Shown here in pieces: positions 1 through 9,394 of a stretch of DNA of 64,000 nucleotides. Under the pieces are notes generated by a model. That model worked only from the letters and a program-made list of their open reading frames with translations, did no database searches and had not been told where the DNA came from. How positions within the stretch are numbered: position 1 is the stretch's first letter; each line of letters starts with the position of its first letter. A program made the translations under genes and the position numbers. This DNA comes from a virus (taxonomy: Duplodnaviria; Caudoviricetes): positions 4,470-68,469 of the IMG/VR virus record IMGVR_UViG_3300027234_000002. One strand, written 5' to 3'.

Positions 1-1
1 A

Positions 2-730
2 ATGTATGGAAAGACTAACAGAACTTCTGATGGTCAATACCATAACACTGACGTATCTGGTCGTAAGATTAGAATTGGTTCAGGTGTACGTGAGCAAATG
101 GAGCAATCTAATACATTCTATTACAACGACTTCTCTATCGAGTTGTTAGAAGAAATCCTTTTTGGATTATCTGAAGGTAAATTAGGTATGGATCAAAGAA
201 TGTTTATGTTAAGAACTGGTGAAAGAGGTGCTGCTGAATTTCATAAAGCTGTATTAAAAACAACTTCTGGTTGGTCAGCAAATATGAGTACTCCTGGAAC
301 TAATCCAGCTACAGTCAAAAGTGTTGGATCTCCATTACATAGTAATTCATTATCTGCTGGATTCCAGTTTGTAGAGTATTTAGCTCCAAACGGTGTTTGC
401 GTTAAATTAGAAGTTGATGACTTTTATGATGACAAAGTAAGAAACACTATTACTATTCCAGGTAAATCAGGTGTTGCTGAATCTTACAGATATGACATCT
501 TTTACATGGGTACTACAGAAAGTCCAAACATTCAAAAAGTTGCTGTTAAAGGAATGGAAGAAATCAGAGGTTACCAATGGGGCTTTAGAAATCCATTTAC
601 AGGAGCTGTAAATAATGGAAACATGGGTACTTTAGAAGATAGTGGAACTATCACTAAGTTTTCTCAATTAGGAGTTGTATGTTACGACCCTAGTAGAACT
701 GCAAGTATCATACCTTACGTGTTAGCGTAA
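2..730 (+). CDS. Major capsid protein, C-terminal part (5' truncated by window), crAss-like HK97 fold
   Basis: Motifs recalled from crAss-like MCPs (GSGVREQ, GERG..EFH, GFQF.EY..PNG..V.L..D.FYDD, S.RYDI); first gene of the typical crAss capsid-to-tail order. Confidence 0.8.
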   Translation: MYGKTNRTSDGQYHNTDVSGRKIRIGSGVREQMEQSNTFYYNDFSIELLEEILFGLSEGKLGMDQRMFMLRTGERGAAEFHKAVLKTTSGWSANMSTPGTNPATVKSVGSPLHSNSLSAGFQFVEYLAPNGVCVKLEVDDFYDDKVRNTITIPGKSGVAESYRYDIFYMGTTESPNIQKVAVKGMEEIRGYQWGFRNPFTGAVNNGNMGTLEDSGTITKFSQLGVVCYDPSRTASIIPYVLA

Positions 731-744
731 TTGATAAAATTGTA

Positions 745-780
745 ACTTTACCCTCGTGTGTTCAACGAGGGTAGTTGTTA
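745..780 (+). terminator. Stem-loop after MCP (TACCCTCG/CGAGGGTA); possible terminator or mRNA stabiliser
   Basis: Perfect 8-bp stem 749-756/766-773 just after the stop; U-tract is weak. Confidence 0.45.
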
Positions 781-858
781 CTCTTAAGTAATATAGTTTG
801 AAGGTATCTATAATAACCTTCACAAATAGAGAGAGAAGAATTTTAAATAAGAATAAAA

Positions 859-1725
859 ATGTCAGAAGCAACAGTGAGAACTGATTTCTTAGAAGATAAG
901 ATTGTATCAGTTAAATACATTACAAAAGAGAATAATGGTATCCAAGATCCTAAGCATGTAGCTTACGGAGGTTTATTAAATGGAGCCAACATTTCAATCC
1001 CAGCACCAACATTAGATAATAAGAAGATGAAGAATATTCTTACTAATGATGAGAAGAAGGGTTTAGAACACATATTAGGATTGGATTTATCAATCTATGG
1101 AAAGTTCTGGAAAGAAGGTGGTAAAGCATATGAATTAGGAATATTACCTATTCAACTTACCAAAGAAGAGAAAAGATATAACATGTCTGACCCTTATGAC
1201 TTTATTAAAGTCAAAGTATTACAGGCATCCCCAATTGTTGCAAATAGCTTAAATGATATTGGTAGAAAAGCAACTTACAGGTTTGTTTTAACTTCAGAAT
1301 CTGAGAAACTTCAAAAAGAACTTGATAAAGCTGGATACAAGATTAATGCTTACAAATTGTTTGTAAAGTATGAAAATGATGCAGATGTGTTGAGGTATTC
1401 TTTAAGAAATCTTGGAAGAAACACAAGCAAAAACCATAAGATTGATTTCTTACAAAGTGAATTCCATAAGGAGCTAGAAAAGAATCCTAGTTTAGTGGTG
1501 TCAATACTAGGTGATAGCTTTATTAAAACTAAAGTTTTATTAGAAACTTGTTTTGAATATGGAGCTGTAGCAAGAAGAGACAAATCTTATTACACTCTAG
1601 ATGATGAGCCAATTTGTGATGGAGGAATTCCTACTTTACAAAATGCTGCAGAGTTCTTAGCAAGTAATTTGGGACAGGATATGAGATTAGGCCTAGAGGC
1701 TAAATTGAAATTAAGTAGAAAATAA
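859..1725 (+). CDS. Conserved crAss-like protein encoded directly after the MCP
   Basis: 288-aa ORF; synteny; C-terminal A..FL...NQD.RL.LEAKL pattern resembles crAss homologues. Confidence 0.6.
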   Translation: MSEATVRTDFLEDKIVSVKYITKENNGIQDPKHVAYGGLLNGANISIPAPTLDNKKMKNILTNDEKKGLEHILGLDLSIYGKFWKEGGKAYELGILPIQLTKEEKRYNMSDPYDFIKVKVLQASPIVANSLNDIGRKATYRFVLTSESEKLQKELDKAGYKINAYKLFVKYENDADVLRYSLRNLGRNTSKNHKIDFLQSEFHKELEKNPSLVVSILGDSFIKTKVLLETCFEYGAVARRDKSYYTLDDEPICDGGIPTLQNAAEFLASNLGQDMRLGLEAKLKLSRK

Positions 1726-1727
1726 TA

Positions 1728-2468
1728 ATGACAGTTAACGAGATTATAGAAGGGTTCAACCTTAGATACAATAATGCTTTAGAAGGAGCACCTGAAATTG
1801 ATCTCTACGAGATGAGCTTATATTTAACTATAGCTCAGATAGAAATTGTCAAAGAATATTATGATAGAGATAAGGATCCAAATAGCTCTTTTGAATTAAA
1901 AGAAAGAGCTAGAAGGGTTCTAAATGAACTAGTAAATACTGAGTCTATAACAAGTGAGACTGATTCAGACAGAGGAATAGTATCTGAGTCAAAGTTTTAT
2001 GAGATGTCTGTAGAGCCAATGTTTATAGTATTTGAAACTGCAGTATTAAGTAGTTCAAATAGTCTCTATGACGGGAAGGTTGTTGAAGTAATTCCAATCA
2101 CCCATGACAATTTTATGACTGATTATTACAATCCATTTAGGAAGCCTAATAAAAATAAAGTCTGGAGATTAGATATCTCCAAAGAATCTGCCAAAACAAC
2201 ATTTGAAGCTGTGTCTATTGAAGACTTGACATCATATAATGTAAGGTATGTTGCAAATCCGGATCCAATTATTCTCACAGATTTAAATTCTGATGAGGAC
2301 TTTTCAGGGCTCGGATTAACTATTGAAGGAAACACTGCGCAAGCTACATGTCTTCTTAACCCAATGGTGCATCAAGAAGTTATCAATAGAGCTGTTGAAT
2401 TGGCTATATTAGATTACAATAAACCTGAGACTCTTCAAGCAAGAGTTGGGCTGGATAAAAGAGTATAA
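1728..2468 (+). CDS. Head-tail connector / ring protein
   Basis: N-terminus F...YNN....APE.D.YE.S.YLT.AQ.EIVK and C-terminal HQE...RAVELA resemble crAss ring proteins. Confidence 0.7.
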   Translation: MTVNEIIEGFNLRYNNALEGAPEIDLYEMSLYLTIAQIEIVKEYYDRDKDPNSSFELKERARRVLNELVNTESITSETDSDRGIVSESKFYEMSVEPMFIVFETAVLSSSNSLYDGKVVEVIPITHDNFMTDYYNPFRKPNKNKVWRLDISKESAKTTFEAVSIEDLTSYNVRYVANPDPIILTDLNSDEDFSGLGLTIEGNTAQATCLLNPMVHQEVINRAVELAILDYNKPETLQARVGLDKRV

Positions 2469-2553
2469 AAAAAATGTTAGTATTATTGATACATAATAAC
2501 TAACTTTACAAAATAGTATCAAAACAATTTATTAATTATAAAATAATTTTATT

Positions 2554-3528
2554 ATGGGATTAGCTGGAATAAACCAGAGTAGACAAATGTACGTAGGTCA
2601 AGCGACTGATGCTGCTACAGAAATTGCTGATTTAGCAAACGCAAATGATATTGTTGTATTAGCTGCTGACGGAAGTGAAGCTTCTGCTGGTGACGATATT
2701 GCAGTATTTGTAAAAGACTCTTTAGGAAATGTAACTTCTTCAGGAGCAATTAAAAATGATCAAATCATTGATGTAAGAGTAATTCCTTTTGAAGCTAAGA
2801 CTTTAAAAGCTTACGAAATTTCAGGATTAACAGTTGATGTTAACAGTCTTTATTCTGTCAACATTACAATTAGTGAGCACGGATCTTTATCTTCAGAAGA
2901 TGAGTACGTTAAGAAAGGTTTTTACCAAGCAAAATCAGGTGATACTGATTTATTAGTTTTACAAGGATTAGCTGCAAATTTAAATGCAAACTTCTCTAAA
3001 GAAGTTGGAGCTAACGCTTCTGCAAACCCTTACTTTTCATTTGTAGTTTCAGGAACTGCAGGTTCTGCAAAGTTGACTATTACAGAAAAAAATGACTGGT
3101 TAGTTAATTATGACCCAAACAAAAAGACTAGACATCAATTAAAATTTACTGTTGATTTTGTTGCTACAACTTATCCTACAGTAGGTGTTTCTCAAGCTCA
3201 AAGTGCAGGTAAAGGTACAGGATACCAGATTCAAGAAATGGAATTTTATTTACTTGGTGCAAGAGGAGACTCTTACAGAGAAGGTGGGTACCCTCACAAT
3301 ATTACTGGACCTAAATTAGTTTCTACTGTTGATGGTGAGTACAATGTTGTAGAGATTTCTTACTGGAATGAAGGTAGAGATGAGGCTAAGAAATCTAAGC
3401 AAGCTATAACTTTAGCATTCTTAGATGACGACACTGCTGATGGATCTAATGCTGATGTTAACACATCTGTTATTGCACCTTTAGTTACAGCTTTAGGCGT
3501 AACTTTAGCTGACCTTGACGTAGCATAG
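2554..3528 (+). CDS. Auxiliary/minor capsid protein
   Basis: NQ.RQ.YV N-terminus and G.G..I..MEFY..G.RGD.YR..GYP motif; Ala/Thr-rich; followed by a strong terminator. Confidence 0.65.
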   Translation: MGLAGINQSRQMYVGQATDAATEIADLANANDIVVLAADGSEASAGDDIAVFVKDSLGNVTSSGAIKNDQIIDVRVIPFEAKTLKAYEISGLTVDVNSLYSVNITISEHGSLSSEDEYVKKGFYQAKSGDTDLLVLQGLAANLNANFSKEVGANASANPYFSFVVSGTAGSAKLTITEKNDWLVNYDPNKKTRHQLKFTVDFVATTYPTVGVSQAQSAGKGTGYQIQEMEFYLLGARGDSYREGGYPHNITGPKLVSTVDGEYNVVEISYWNEGRDEAKKSKQAITLAFLDDDTADGSNADVNTSVIAPLVTALGVTLADLDVA

Positions 3529-3562
3529 TAGTACGAAAAAGTACCTAGAATAAAAGTAAATG

Positions 3563-3598
3563 AAAAGGGACTGGAATTAATTTCCCAGTCCCTTTTTT
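3563..3598 (+). terminator. Intrinsic terminator (A-tract/T-tract, possibly bidirectional)
   Basis: AAAAGGGACTGG-loop-CCAGTCCCTTTTTT. Confidence 0.85.
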
Positions 3599-3619
3599 AA
3601 TTAATAAATAAAATTAAAG

Positions 3620-4204
3620 ATGGCTATTACTATCCAAACATACAGTATTTCAACTGACTTGAGTGAGATAACACTAGAATTCGAATTGGATTCAGGAGAC
3701 ACTACAAGTAGTTTGTTGATGTGGACTGAAGACACATATAAAAACTCAGAAGAATCTATTAATTTATTAAGTGTGCTAGATGGCACAAGTAATACAGAAA
3801 ATGTTACTATATCTGCAGATGATGCGGGTGTTTCTACATTTGATGGAATCTATATTATAGAAATACAAAGTACTAATGGAAATGCAGTAATGGCTGGAGC
3901 CTCAGACTTCACTCAGTACTATAAAGTGGCTGCTCAGTTACTTTCAAAACTAGACCTATCGTGTTTAAGTTGCAATGATGATTTCCAAAATTCTTTACTA
4001 TTAGACTTGTATTTACAAGCTACAATAAACTCATTACTTCTTGGAAGATACCAGGATGCTATTGAACATTTATCAAAAATAAAAATAGTTAAAGAAGGCT
4101 ACACTGAATGTGAGGACTGCCTTGACATTGACATATCGGTATCAACTTCTACCAATATTGTTTCTGTTGGTATTATTGATTGTCAAATAACAGATAATGA
4201 TTAA
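3620..4204 (+). CDS. Hypothetical acidic virion protein with CxxC pairs
   Basis: 194 aa; CLSC and CEDC motifs; lies in the structural block. Confidence 0.55.
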   Translation: MAITIQTYSISTDLSEITLEFELDSGDTTSSLLMWTEDTYKNSEESINLLSVLDGTSNTENVTISADDAGVSTFDGIYIIEIQSTNGNAVMAGASDFTQYYKVAAQLLSKLDLSCLSCNDDFQNSLLLDLYLQATINSLLLGRYQDAIEHLSKIKIVKEGYTECEDCLDIDISVSTSTNIVSVGIIDCQITDND

Positions 4205-4206
4205 TT

Positions 4207-5163
4207 ATGAAGGATAAAGATGCAAAGATATTTGTAATCTCCATGAAAAATATCTCGAAAGAGCTACAATATTATGGGACTTCAAATATTAACAATATAA
4301 ACTTACTAAAACTTATTTATAAGTATGCAAAATACTTTACTGATTACAAATGCTTGCAAGCTGTTGACAAAATGGTCAACTACTTGCAAAGAAGTGACAG
4401 AAGGATATGTATGGAATTTACATATACAAAAGGATACAGTTATGAATACAACACTGTAGATATATCTGAAGTAAATACAGCACCTACACTTAGTAATGTT
4501 TCACTGACTGCAGATGACACTGGAAATAATCTAGTTATCACTTACAGTGATATGTATGGTGGATACTATGATGCTGAAGGAACTGATCCTGGAGCTATAA
4601 TCATTAGTACTATTCCTGCAAATGGGACATTATATCTTGATGGAACTGCAATTTCTGCAGGAGACACTATAGCTTATGATGCAAATCTTGAAATAGAATA
4701 TGAGAGAAATTCCAATAATGCATATTCAACATCTTTTACTTATTCAGTATACGACACAGACACTCAGTTACCACTAGTTTCTAATACTGCTACAGTATCA
4801 TTAACAGTTGAAGAAGTTTCTGTAGAAAATGAAGCTCCTACAATTGGTGACTTAACATTATATGCAGATAACAGAGCTACAGTGACTATCACTATAAATG
4901 ACATTCTATACAATGCTAGTCCAGAATATTCTGATCCAGAAGGTAATCAATTAGATGCTATTAGAATTGATGTAATTGGATCATCTAATGCAGGTGCTTA
5001 TTACTACTATGAATCTGAAATTGAAGTTGGTGCAATCATTACTTATGATGACATTGTGGCAGGAGCATTCACATATTCAGCTGCAGATCTGAATTCAATC
5101 CAAACGGATGTAATAGAGGTTTCAATTAGGGATACAGTAAATTTAGAATGGGTTTCTTCGTAA
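4207..5163 (+). CDS. Virion protein with two cadherin/Ig-like repeats (putative fibre or decoration protein)
   Basis: Repeated N.APT...Y.D.EG....I.I...P..G.(L/Y)Y....I..G..I.YD units; very acidic, rich in Thr/Ser. Confidence 0.6.
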   Translation: MKDKDAKIFVISMKNISKELQYYGTSNINNINLLKLIYKYAKYFTDYKCLQAVDKMVNYLQRSDRRICMEFTYTKGYSYEYNTVDISEVNTAPTLSNVSLTADDTGNNLVITYSDMYGGYYDAEGTDPGAIIISTIPANGTLYLDGTAISAGDTIAYDANLEIEYERNSNNAYSTSFTYSVYDTDTQLPLVSNTATVSLTVEEVSVENEAPTIGDLTLYADNRATVTITINDILYNASPEYSDPEGNQLDAIRIDVIGSSNAGAYYYYESEIEVGAIITYDDIVAGAFTYSAADLNSIQTDVIEVSIRDTVNLEWVSS

Positions 5164-5186
5164 GATTAATAAAAAAAATAATAAAA

Positions 5187-5912
5187 ATGATTATATCTAT
5201 AACAACAAGTGCTTTGGTTAATTCAAGACCAAGTGCAATAGGTTCAAATACTATTTCTGTAGATTACGGAAATGACCATACCTTCACATTAGATAACTTT
5301 ACAACTGAAACTACACCAGCATACTCTGATCTAGAAGATGATGATTTATCATTTGTGTATATAGCAACTCTTCCTAGTATTGGAGAGTTGCAAGTTGGTG
5401 GAGTTGCAGTATCAATTGGTAGTGAAATAGCTTCAGGCGATATCTCAACTGGTAATTTCACATATGTATCTGATACAAGTGTTACCGATGAGACTACAGT
5501 TTCATTTACTTTTGACATTGCTGATCAAGGATCCTCAACTGTAAGTGGATTGGATGATGGGATTATGACTATTGTGATTGCAGAAGAAGAGAATGAACCA
5601 CCAAGTAGTATTGATGATAATTCACTTGGACTTTCATATGGTGACACTGTTATATTTACTTCAGCCAACTTCCAGGTAGGATATGCTGACCCTGAGGGTG
5701 ATGCAGCTTATTCAATAAAAGTATTAAGCTTGCCTACATCAGGTGAATTACAGTTAGATGGTGTTGCAGTTAACGTTAATCAGGAAATATTATTTACTGA
5801 AATAGGATCAAACTATTTTACATATGTTCCTGACACATCAGTTACTACTGCAGTTGATTATTCATTTGACTTCTCTATATCAGATGAAGGCTCTAAAGAG
5901 TTTACTGAGTAA
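5187..5912 (+). CDS. Second cadherin/Ig-like repeat virion protein (likely start ATG 5187; track start 5148)
   Basis: Two internal repeats YxDxExD...LP..GELQ..GVAV......TYV.DTSVT; same repeat type as the upstream gene. Confidence 0.65.
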   Translation: MIISITTSALVNSRPSAIGSNTISVDYGNDHTFTLDNFTTETTPAYSDLEDDDLSFVYIATLPSIGELQVGGVAVSIGSEIASGDISTGNFTYVSDTSVTDETTVSFTFDIADQGSSTVSGLDDGIMTIVIAEEENEPPSSIDDNSLGLSYGDTVIFTSANFQVGYADPEGDAAYSIKVLSLPTSGELQLDGVAVNVNQEILFTEIGSNYFTYVPDTSVTTAVDYSFDFSISDEGSKEFTE

Positions 5913-6301
5913 TGGCTACAATGACACTTTATTATGGATCACAGACTATTGATCCTGTTGATTACATATCTGTAGATAATACTACAGATACTAGTTGTGG
6001 TGAAAAATATACATTATCAATTGGACTTGGGGCTTACTCTAGTGTCTATGTAGAATTTCTAACTAGTAATAGTGATGAAGCAGTTATATATCCTAATACA
6101 GAGACTGATATAGATGAAGAGACATCATTCAATATTGTTATAAGTACTTACCAATCTGCTGTCAACAGTGGTATTGGAAACACATATGAGACTACAGCAA
6201 CATTGAATGTATATGATACTGATGGAGGTGCATTACTAGACACTATGTATGTGAGTAGATTGAGCTACAATGGAAGTGATTGTAAAGAAATAACACTATA
6301 A
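5912..6301 (+). CDS. Hypothetical acidic structural protein
   Basis: 129-aa ORF; start overlaps the previous stop (TAATG). Confidence 0.55.
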   Translation: MATMTLYYGSQTIDPVDYISVDNTTDTSCGEKYTLSIGLGAYSSVYVEFLTSNSDEAVIYPNTETDIDEETSFNIVISTYQSAVNSGIGNTYETTATLNVYDTDGGALLDTMYVSRLSYNGSDCKEITL

Positions 6302-6337
6302 TTAATCTATAGCATATATTTTATGTTATAGCTATTA

Positions 6338-6368
6338 TTGACATATAAGAATTTTTTTCTTATTTTTG
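6338..6368 (+). promoter_or_regulatory. Bacteroidota sigma-A-type promoter (-33 TTG, -7 TAnnTTTG)
   Basis: TTGACA at 6338, 20-nt spacer after TTG, TATTTTTG at 6361-6368. Confidence 0.6.
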
Positions 6369-6389
6369 AGAAAATTAATAAAACAAAAT

Positions 6390-7499
6390 ATGGATAGTAC
6401 TGAAATTATTAAAAGCTTTTTGAGGAAGAAGAGTAGTTATTTGAATTGGGGTAATAAGGGAATTCAAGGAGCATTAAGTAAAAAATTTAATGGACGCATA
6501 TTTAATCTGGAAGACATTAAAAAAGTCAAGAAGGAATTAAAAAAGGAATTTAAGAATCACATGAGAGTTGGTTCACAACCAGAAAAAGTGGGCGTAGCAT
6601 CAGAAAATGCAGAAGCTATTGCTGAACTCTCAAAGATTGCTGGGAAACTAGGTCTTAAACTAATTGATAAAAGTGTTGACGTTACTGCCGGTGCATCTAT
6701 ATTAAAAAGAAAGAAAGCTTTGAAAGCATTTCATGTTCCAGAAATATCTGATCAAGTTGGAATGCATATTATGCTTGGGTGTAATCACGTACCATTTCAT
6801 AATGTTCAATTGCACAGAAGTATCATTGAATTAATAAAAGACTATCCTGAACTAATAAAAGGATTTCACTTAATGGGTGACTTCTTAGACTTGAATCCAT
6901 TATCATCTCATGATAGAGGTAGATTTACAGCTGTTCCAGGACTAACACTTGATGATGAGTATGCTGTAGGAAATGAACTATTAGATGACTTTGATAGACA
7001 TCTTCCTAGAGGATGTTGGAAAACTTTTCTGTATGGTAATCATGAAGACAGGTACAACAGGTGGATGTCAGTAATGGATAATGCAAAAACTCCATTAGAT
7101 TCTCCAGAAGATGCACTTAAGCTTTGGCGTAGAGGGTATAATGTAAAAGATAAATGGAGCCAAGACTATATCACATTAGGAAATGACTTCCAGATCTTTC
7201 ACGGGATATATTTTAATATCCATAACGCTAAGAAACATTTAGATACATTCGGAAAGAGTTGTGCTTATGTACACACTCACAGAGTTCAAATGTATAGAGA
7301 AGGACCTAACGCTGCTTACAATATAGGTACTTGCGCTAATCTTAAATCTAAAGTATTTGGATACGCAACAAGAGCTATGAAGGAGAGTTGGTCAAATGGA
7401 TTTGCAATAAACATGATAGATGATTATGGCAATTGTCATATAACACAAATAGTTCCTGATGAATCCGGAAGATTCTGGTTTGGTGGAAAATATTATTAA
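6390..7499 (+). CDS. Calcineurin-like metallophosphoesterase with a basic N-terminal extension (likely start ATG 6390)
   Basis: GDFLD, GNHEDR, FHG and HTHR motifs; first motif reads GCNH; the track TTG start at 6366 lies inside the -7 promoter box. Confidence 0.8.
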   Translation: MDSTEIIKSFLRKKSSYLNWGNKGIQGALSKKFNGRIFNLEDIKKVKKELKKEFKNHMRVGSQPEKVGVASENAEAIAELSKIAGKLGLKLIDKSVDVTAGASILKRKKALKAFHVPEISDQVGMHIMLGCNHVPFHNVQLHRSIIELIKDYPELIKGFHLMGDFLDLNPLSSHDRGRFTAVPGLTLDDEYAVGNELLDDFDRHLPRGCWKTFLYGNHEDRYNRWMSVMDNAKTPLDSPEDALKLWRRGYNVKDKWSQDYITLGNDFQIFHGIYFNIHNAKKHLDTFGKSCAYVHTHRVQMYREGPNAAYNIGTCANLKSKVFGYATRAMKESWSNGFAINMIDDYGNCHITQIVPDESGRFWFGGKYY

Positions 7500-7510
7500 T
7501 AACAAACACA

Positions 7511-8191
7511 ATGGATAAAAGAACCATAATATATACTGTTCTTGAAAAATTAAAGATACACTCTGGAGATAGTAAAATAACTCCAGAGTTAATCTCTTCT
7601 ATGATAGATACAAAGAGGGCAATGTTACTTAAATCTAGATTCTCTAGAAATGCTTGGAACATACCTATTGAGATTAAGCAAGAGATCTGTATGGATATTG
7701 AGAGAGTGGATACAATTAATGGGTTCTCATTAGCTGGTAAAACTATCAGAACTTCATCCAGCATTCCAAGGTCTATCAAGATTCGAGGGAAGGATGGTCC
7801 TTTAATGGTGCGCAGGCAAGATGGATCCAGTATCCCAATTAATATAGTGCCAATTGAAAGATTACCCTACATTGGTAATAATAAGTTCACAGCTATGCTT
7901 ACTTATGCATGTATTGATTATGATGGTAGATTAATTCTAACCTCAACATCAGACAAGATTAAGTTTATCCAGGAGATAAAAGTAACAAATGTTTTTGAGG
8001 CACCTGAACATGCTTATGAACTAGAGTGCAGAGACAACAATGATTATGGTGATATAGAACCTTGGGATATGGAATATCCTATTGAAGTATCTATGATTGA
8101 TGAGATTGTAGAAATGATTGTTAAGGATCTTTACAATACTGTAAGATTACCTGAGGATAAAACAAATGATTCACTAGATGAAAGAGGATAA
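7511..8191 (+). CDS. Tail ring/adaptor protein
   Basis: N-terminal I.Y..LE.LK..S.DS.I..E.I...I...RA.LLK pattern of crAss ring proteins; synteny. Confidence 0.6.
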   Translation: MDKRTIIYTVLEKLKIHSGDSKITPELISSMIDTKRAMLLKSRFSRNAWNIPIEIKQEICMDIERVDTINGFSLAGKTIRTSSSIPRSIKIRGKDGPLMVRRQDGSSIPINIVPIERLPYIGNNKFTAMLTYACIDYDGRLILTSTSDKIKFIQEIKVTNVFEAPEHAYELECRDNNDYGDIEPWDMEYPIEVSMIDEIVEMIVKDLYNTVRLPEDKTNDSLDERG

Positions 8192-8681
8192 AAGAAATCA
8201 TAAGATTAAGAGTGACTATGGTATGAATGATTACTACAGGAGCTATAAATCTAAGAGTAATAATCCTGTGAGTAAAGAATTATACAGTAAAATCATTAAA
8301 GATTTTAATGGACATGTTCGCAAGAAGATGGCTATAAAAGGAACTGAATATGTATTTCCATTCAGACTAGGAAAGATGGAGCTCAGGAAAATTAAAACTG
8401 AGGTTAAAATTGATGAGGACGGGAATATAGTAAACAAACTTCCAGTCAACTGGAAAGAAACTAATAAGCTGTGGGAAGAAAATCCCACTGCTAAAGAAAG
8501 AGGTATTAAGATAAGATATACAAATGAGCACACTGATGGCTACACATTTAAAATATTCTACTTAAGATCTAAAGCTAGTTACAAGAACAAGAGTATGTAT
8601 CAAATGCAGTTCAATAGAGACATGAAAAGGACTTTATCTAGGTCTATATTTCAAGGAAAGATTGATGCATTTTTAAAATAA
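8178..8681 (+). CDS. IHF/HU-like basic DNA-binding protein of the crAss structural module
   Basis: Highly basic; Y..II.DFN......F.FP.RLG...LRK and NEHT.GY motifs. Confidence 0.6.
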   Translation: MKEDKRNHKIKSDYGMNDYYRSYKSKSNNPVSKELYSKIIKDFNGHVRKKMAIKGTEYVFPFRLGKMELRKIKTEVKIDEDGNIVNKLPVNWKETNKLWEENPTAKERGIKIRYTNEHTDGYTFKIFYLRSKASYKNKSMYQMQFNRDMKRTLSRSIFQGKIDAFLK

Positions 8682-8686
8682 TAATA

Positions 8687-9394
8687 ATGGCAAACACAGC
8701 AGATACAGTTAGCATTAAATTAATAGCTGACAGATTATATAGGAACCCAGTTATGAAAGAGGTTACCTATGAATTCATTATAGACAATGCATTAGAAGTA
8801 ATGAGAATAATTGATGCTCCTGCTTTGTATGGTAATAAGAGGGAGAAGATTAAAGTGGTAAACTACAGAGCTTCCAAACCTGCCAATATGATGAGAGTTG
8901 AAAGTATTGCCAGAACTGACAGGGGTGCCATAGAGACAATGACTAGTACAGACTTTGTTAGCCAGGACTTTTTAGAGTCAGGTGACTATAATGTATTAAG
9001 ATCTAGCATGACATACAGTCTTAACAGTAAGTATATTAATACAAACTTTGAAGGCGGTGAAATTGAAGTAATCTACAAATACATAATGACAGATGAAGAG
9101 TGTTATCCACTTATTATTGACAACCCTATCCTTTTAAGATGTATTGAGTCTTATGTAAAATGGAAATGGTTCGACATCCTTAATGACATGGATATTGTGT
9201 CTGGCCAGAAGCTTAACAAAGCTGAGCAAGATTACATGTTTAATGTTGGACAAGCTCATGCAGATATGATTATGCCAAGTATTGATGAGATGGAATCTCT
9301 CACAAATATGATTACTCAAATGATTCCTAGCAGGACTGAGTTCCAGAAAAGATTTGAATTTTTAGGTGAACAAGAATATTTAAGAATACAATAA
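8687..9394 (+). CDS. Tail tubular/ring protein
   Basis: SIK.I.D.LYR.P, YP.I.DN..L.R.IE.Y.K and Y.FNVGQA motifs; directly upstream of the stabilization protein. Confidence 0.65.
   Translation: MANTADTVSIKLIADRLYRNPVMKEVTYEFIIDNALEVMRIIDAPALYGNKREKIKVVNYRASKPANMMRVESIARTDRGAIETMTSTDFVSQDFLESGDYNVLRSSMTYSLNSKYINTNFEGGEIEVIYKYIMTDEECYPLIIDNPILLRCIESYVKWKWFDILNDMDIVSGQKLNKAEQDYMFNVGQAHADMIMPSIDEMESLTNMITQMIPSRTEFQKRFEFLGEQEYLRIQ

Noticed and set aside
2486-2508. Promoter upstream of the auxiliary capsid gene
   Set aside because: TAACTTTA is an imperfect -7 and the nearest TTG is only 12 nt away.
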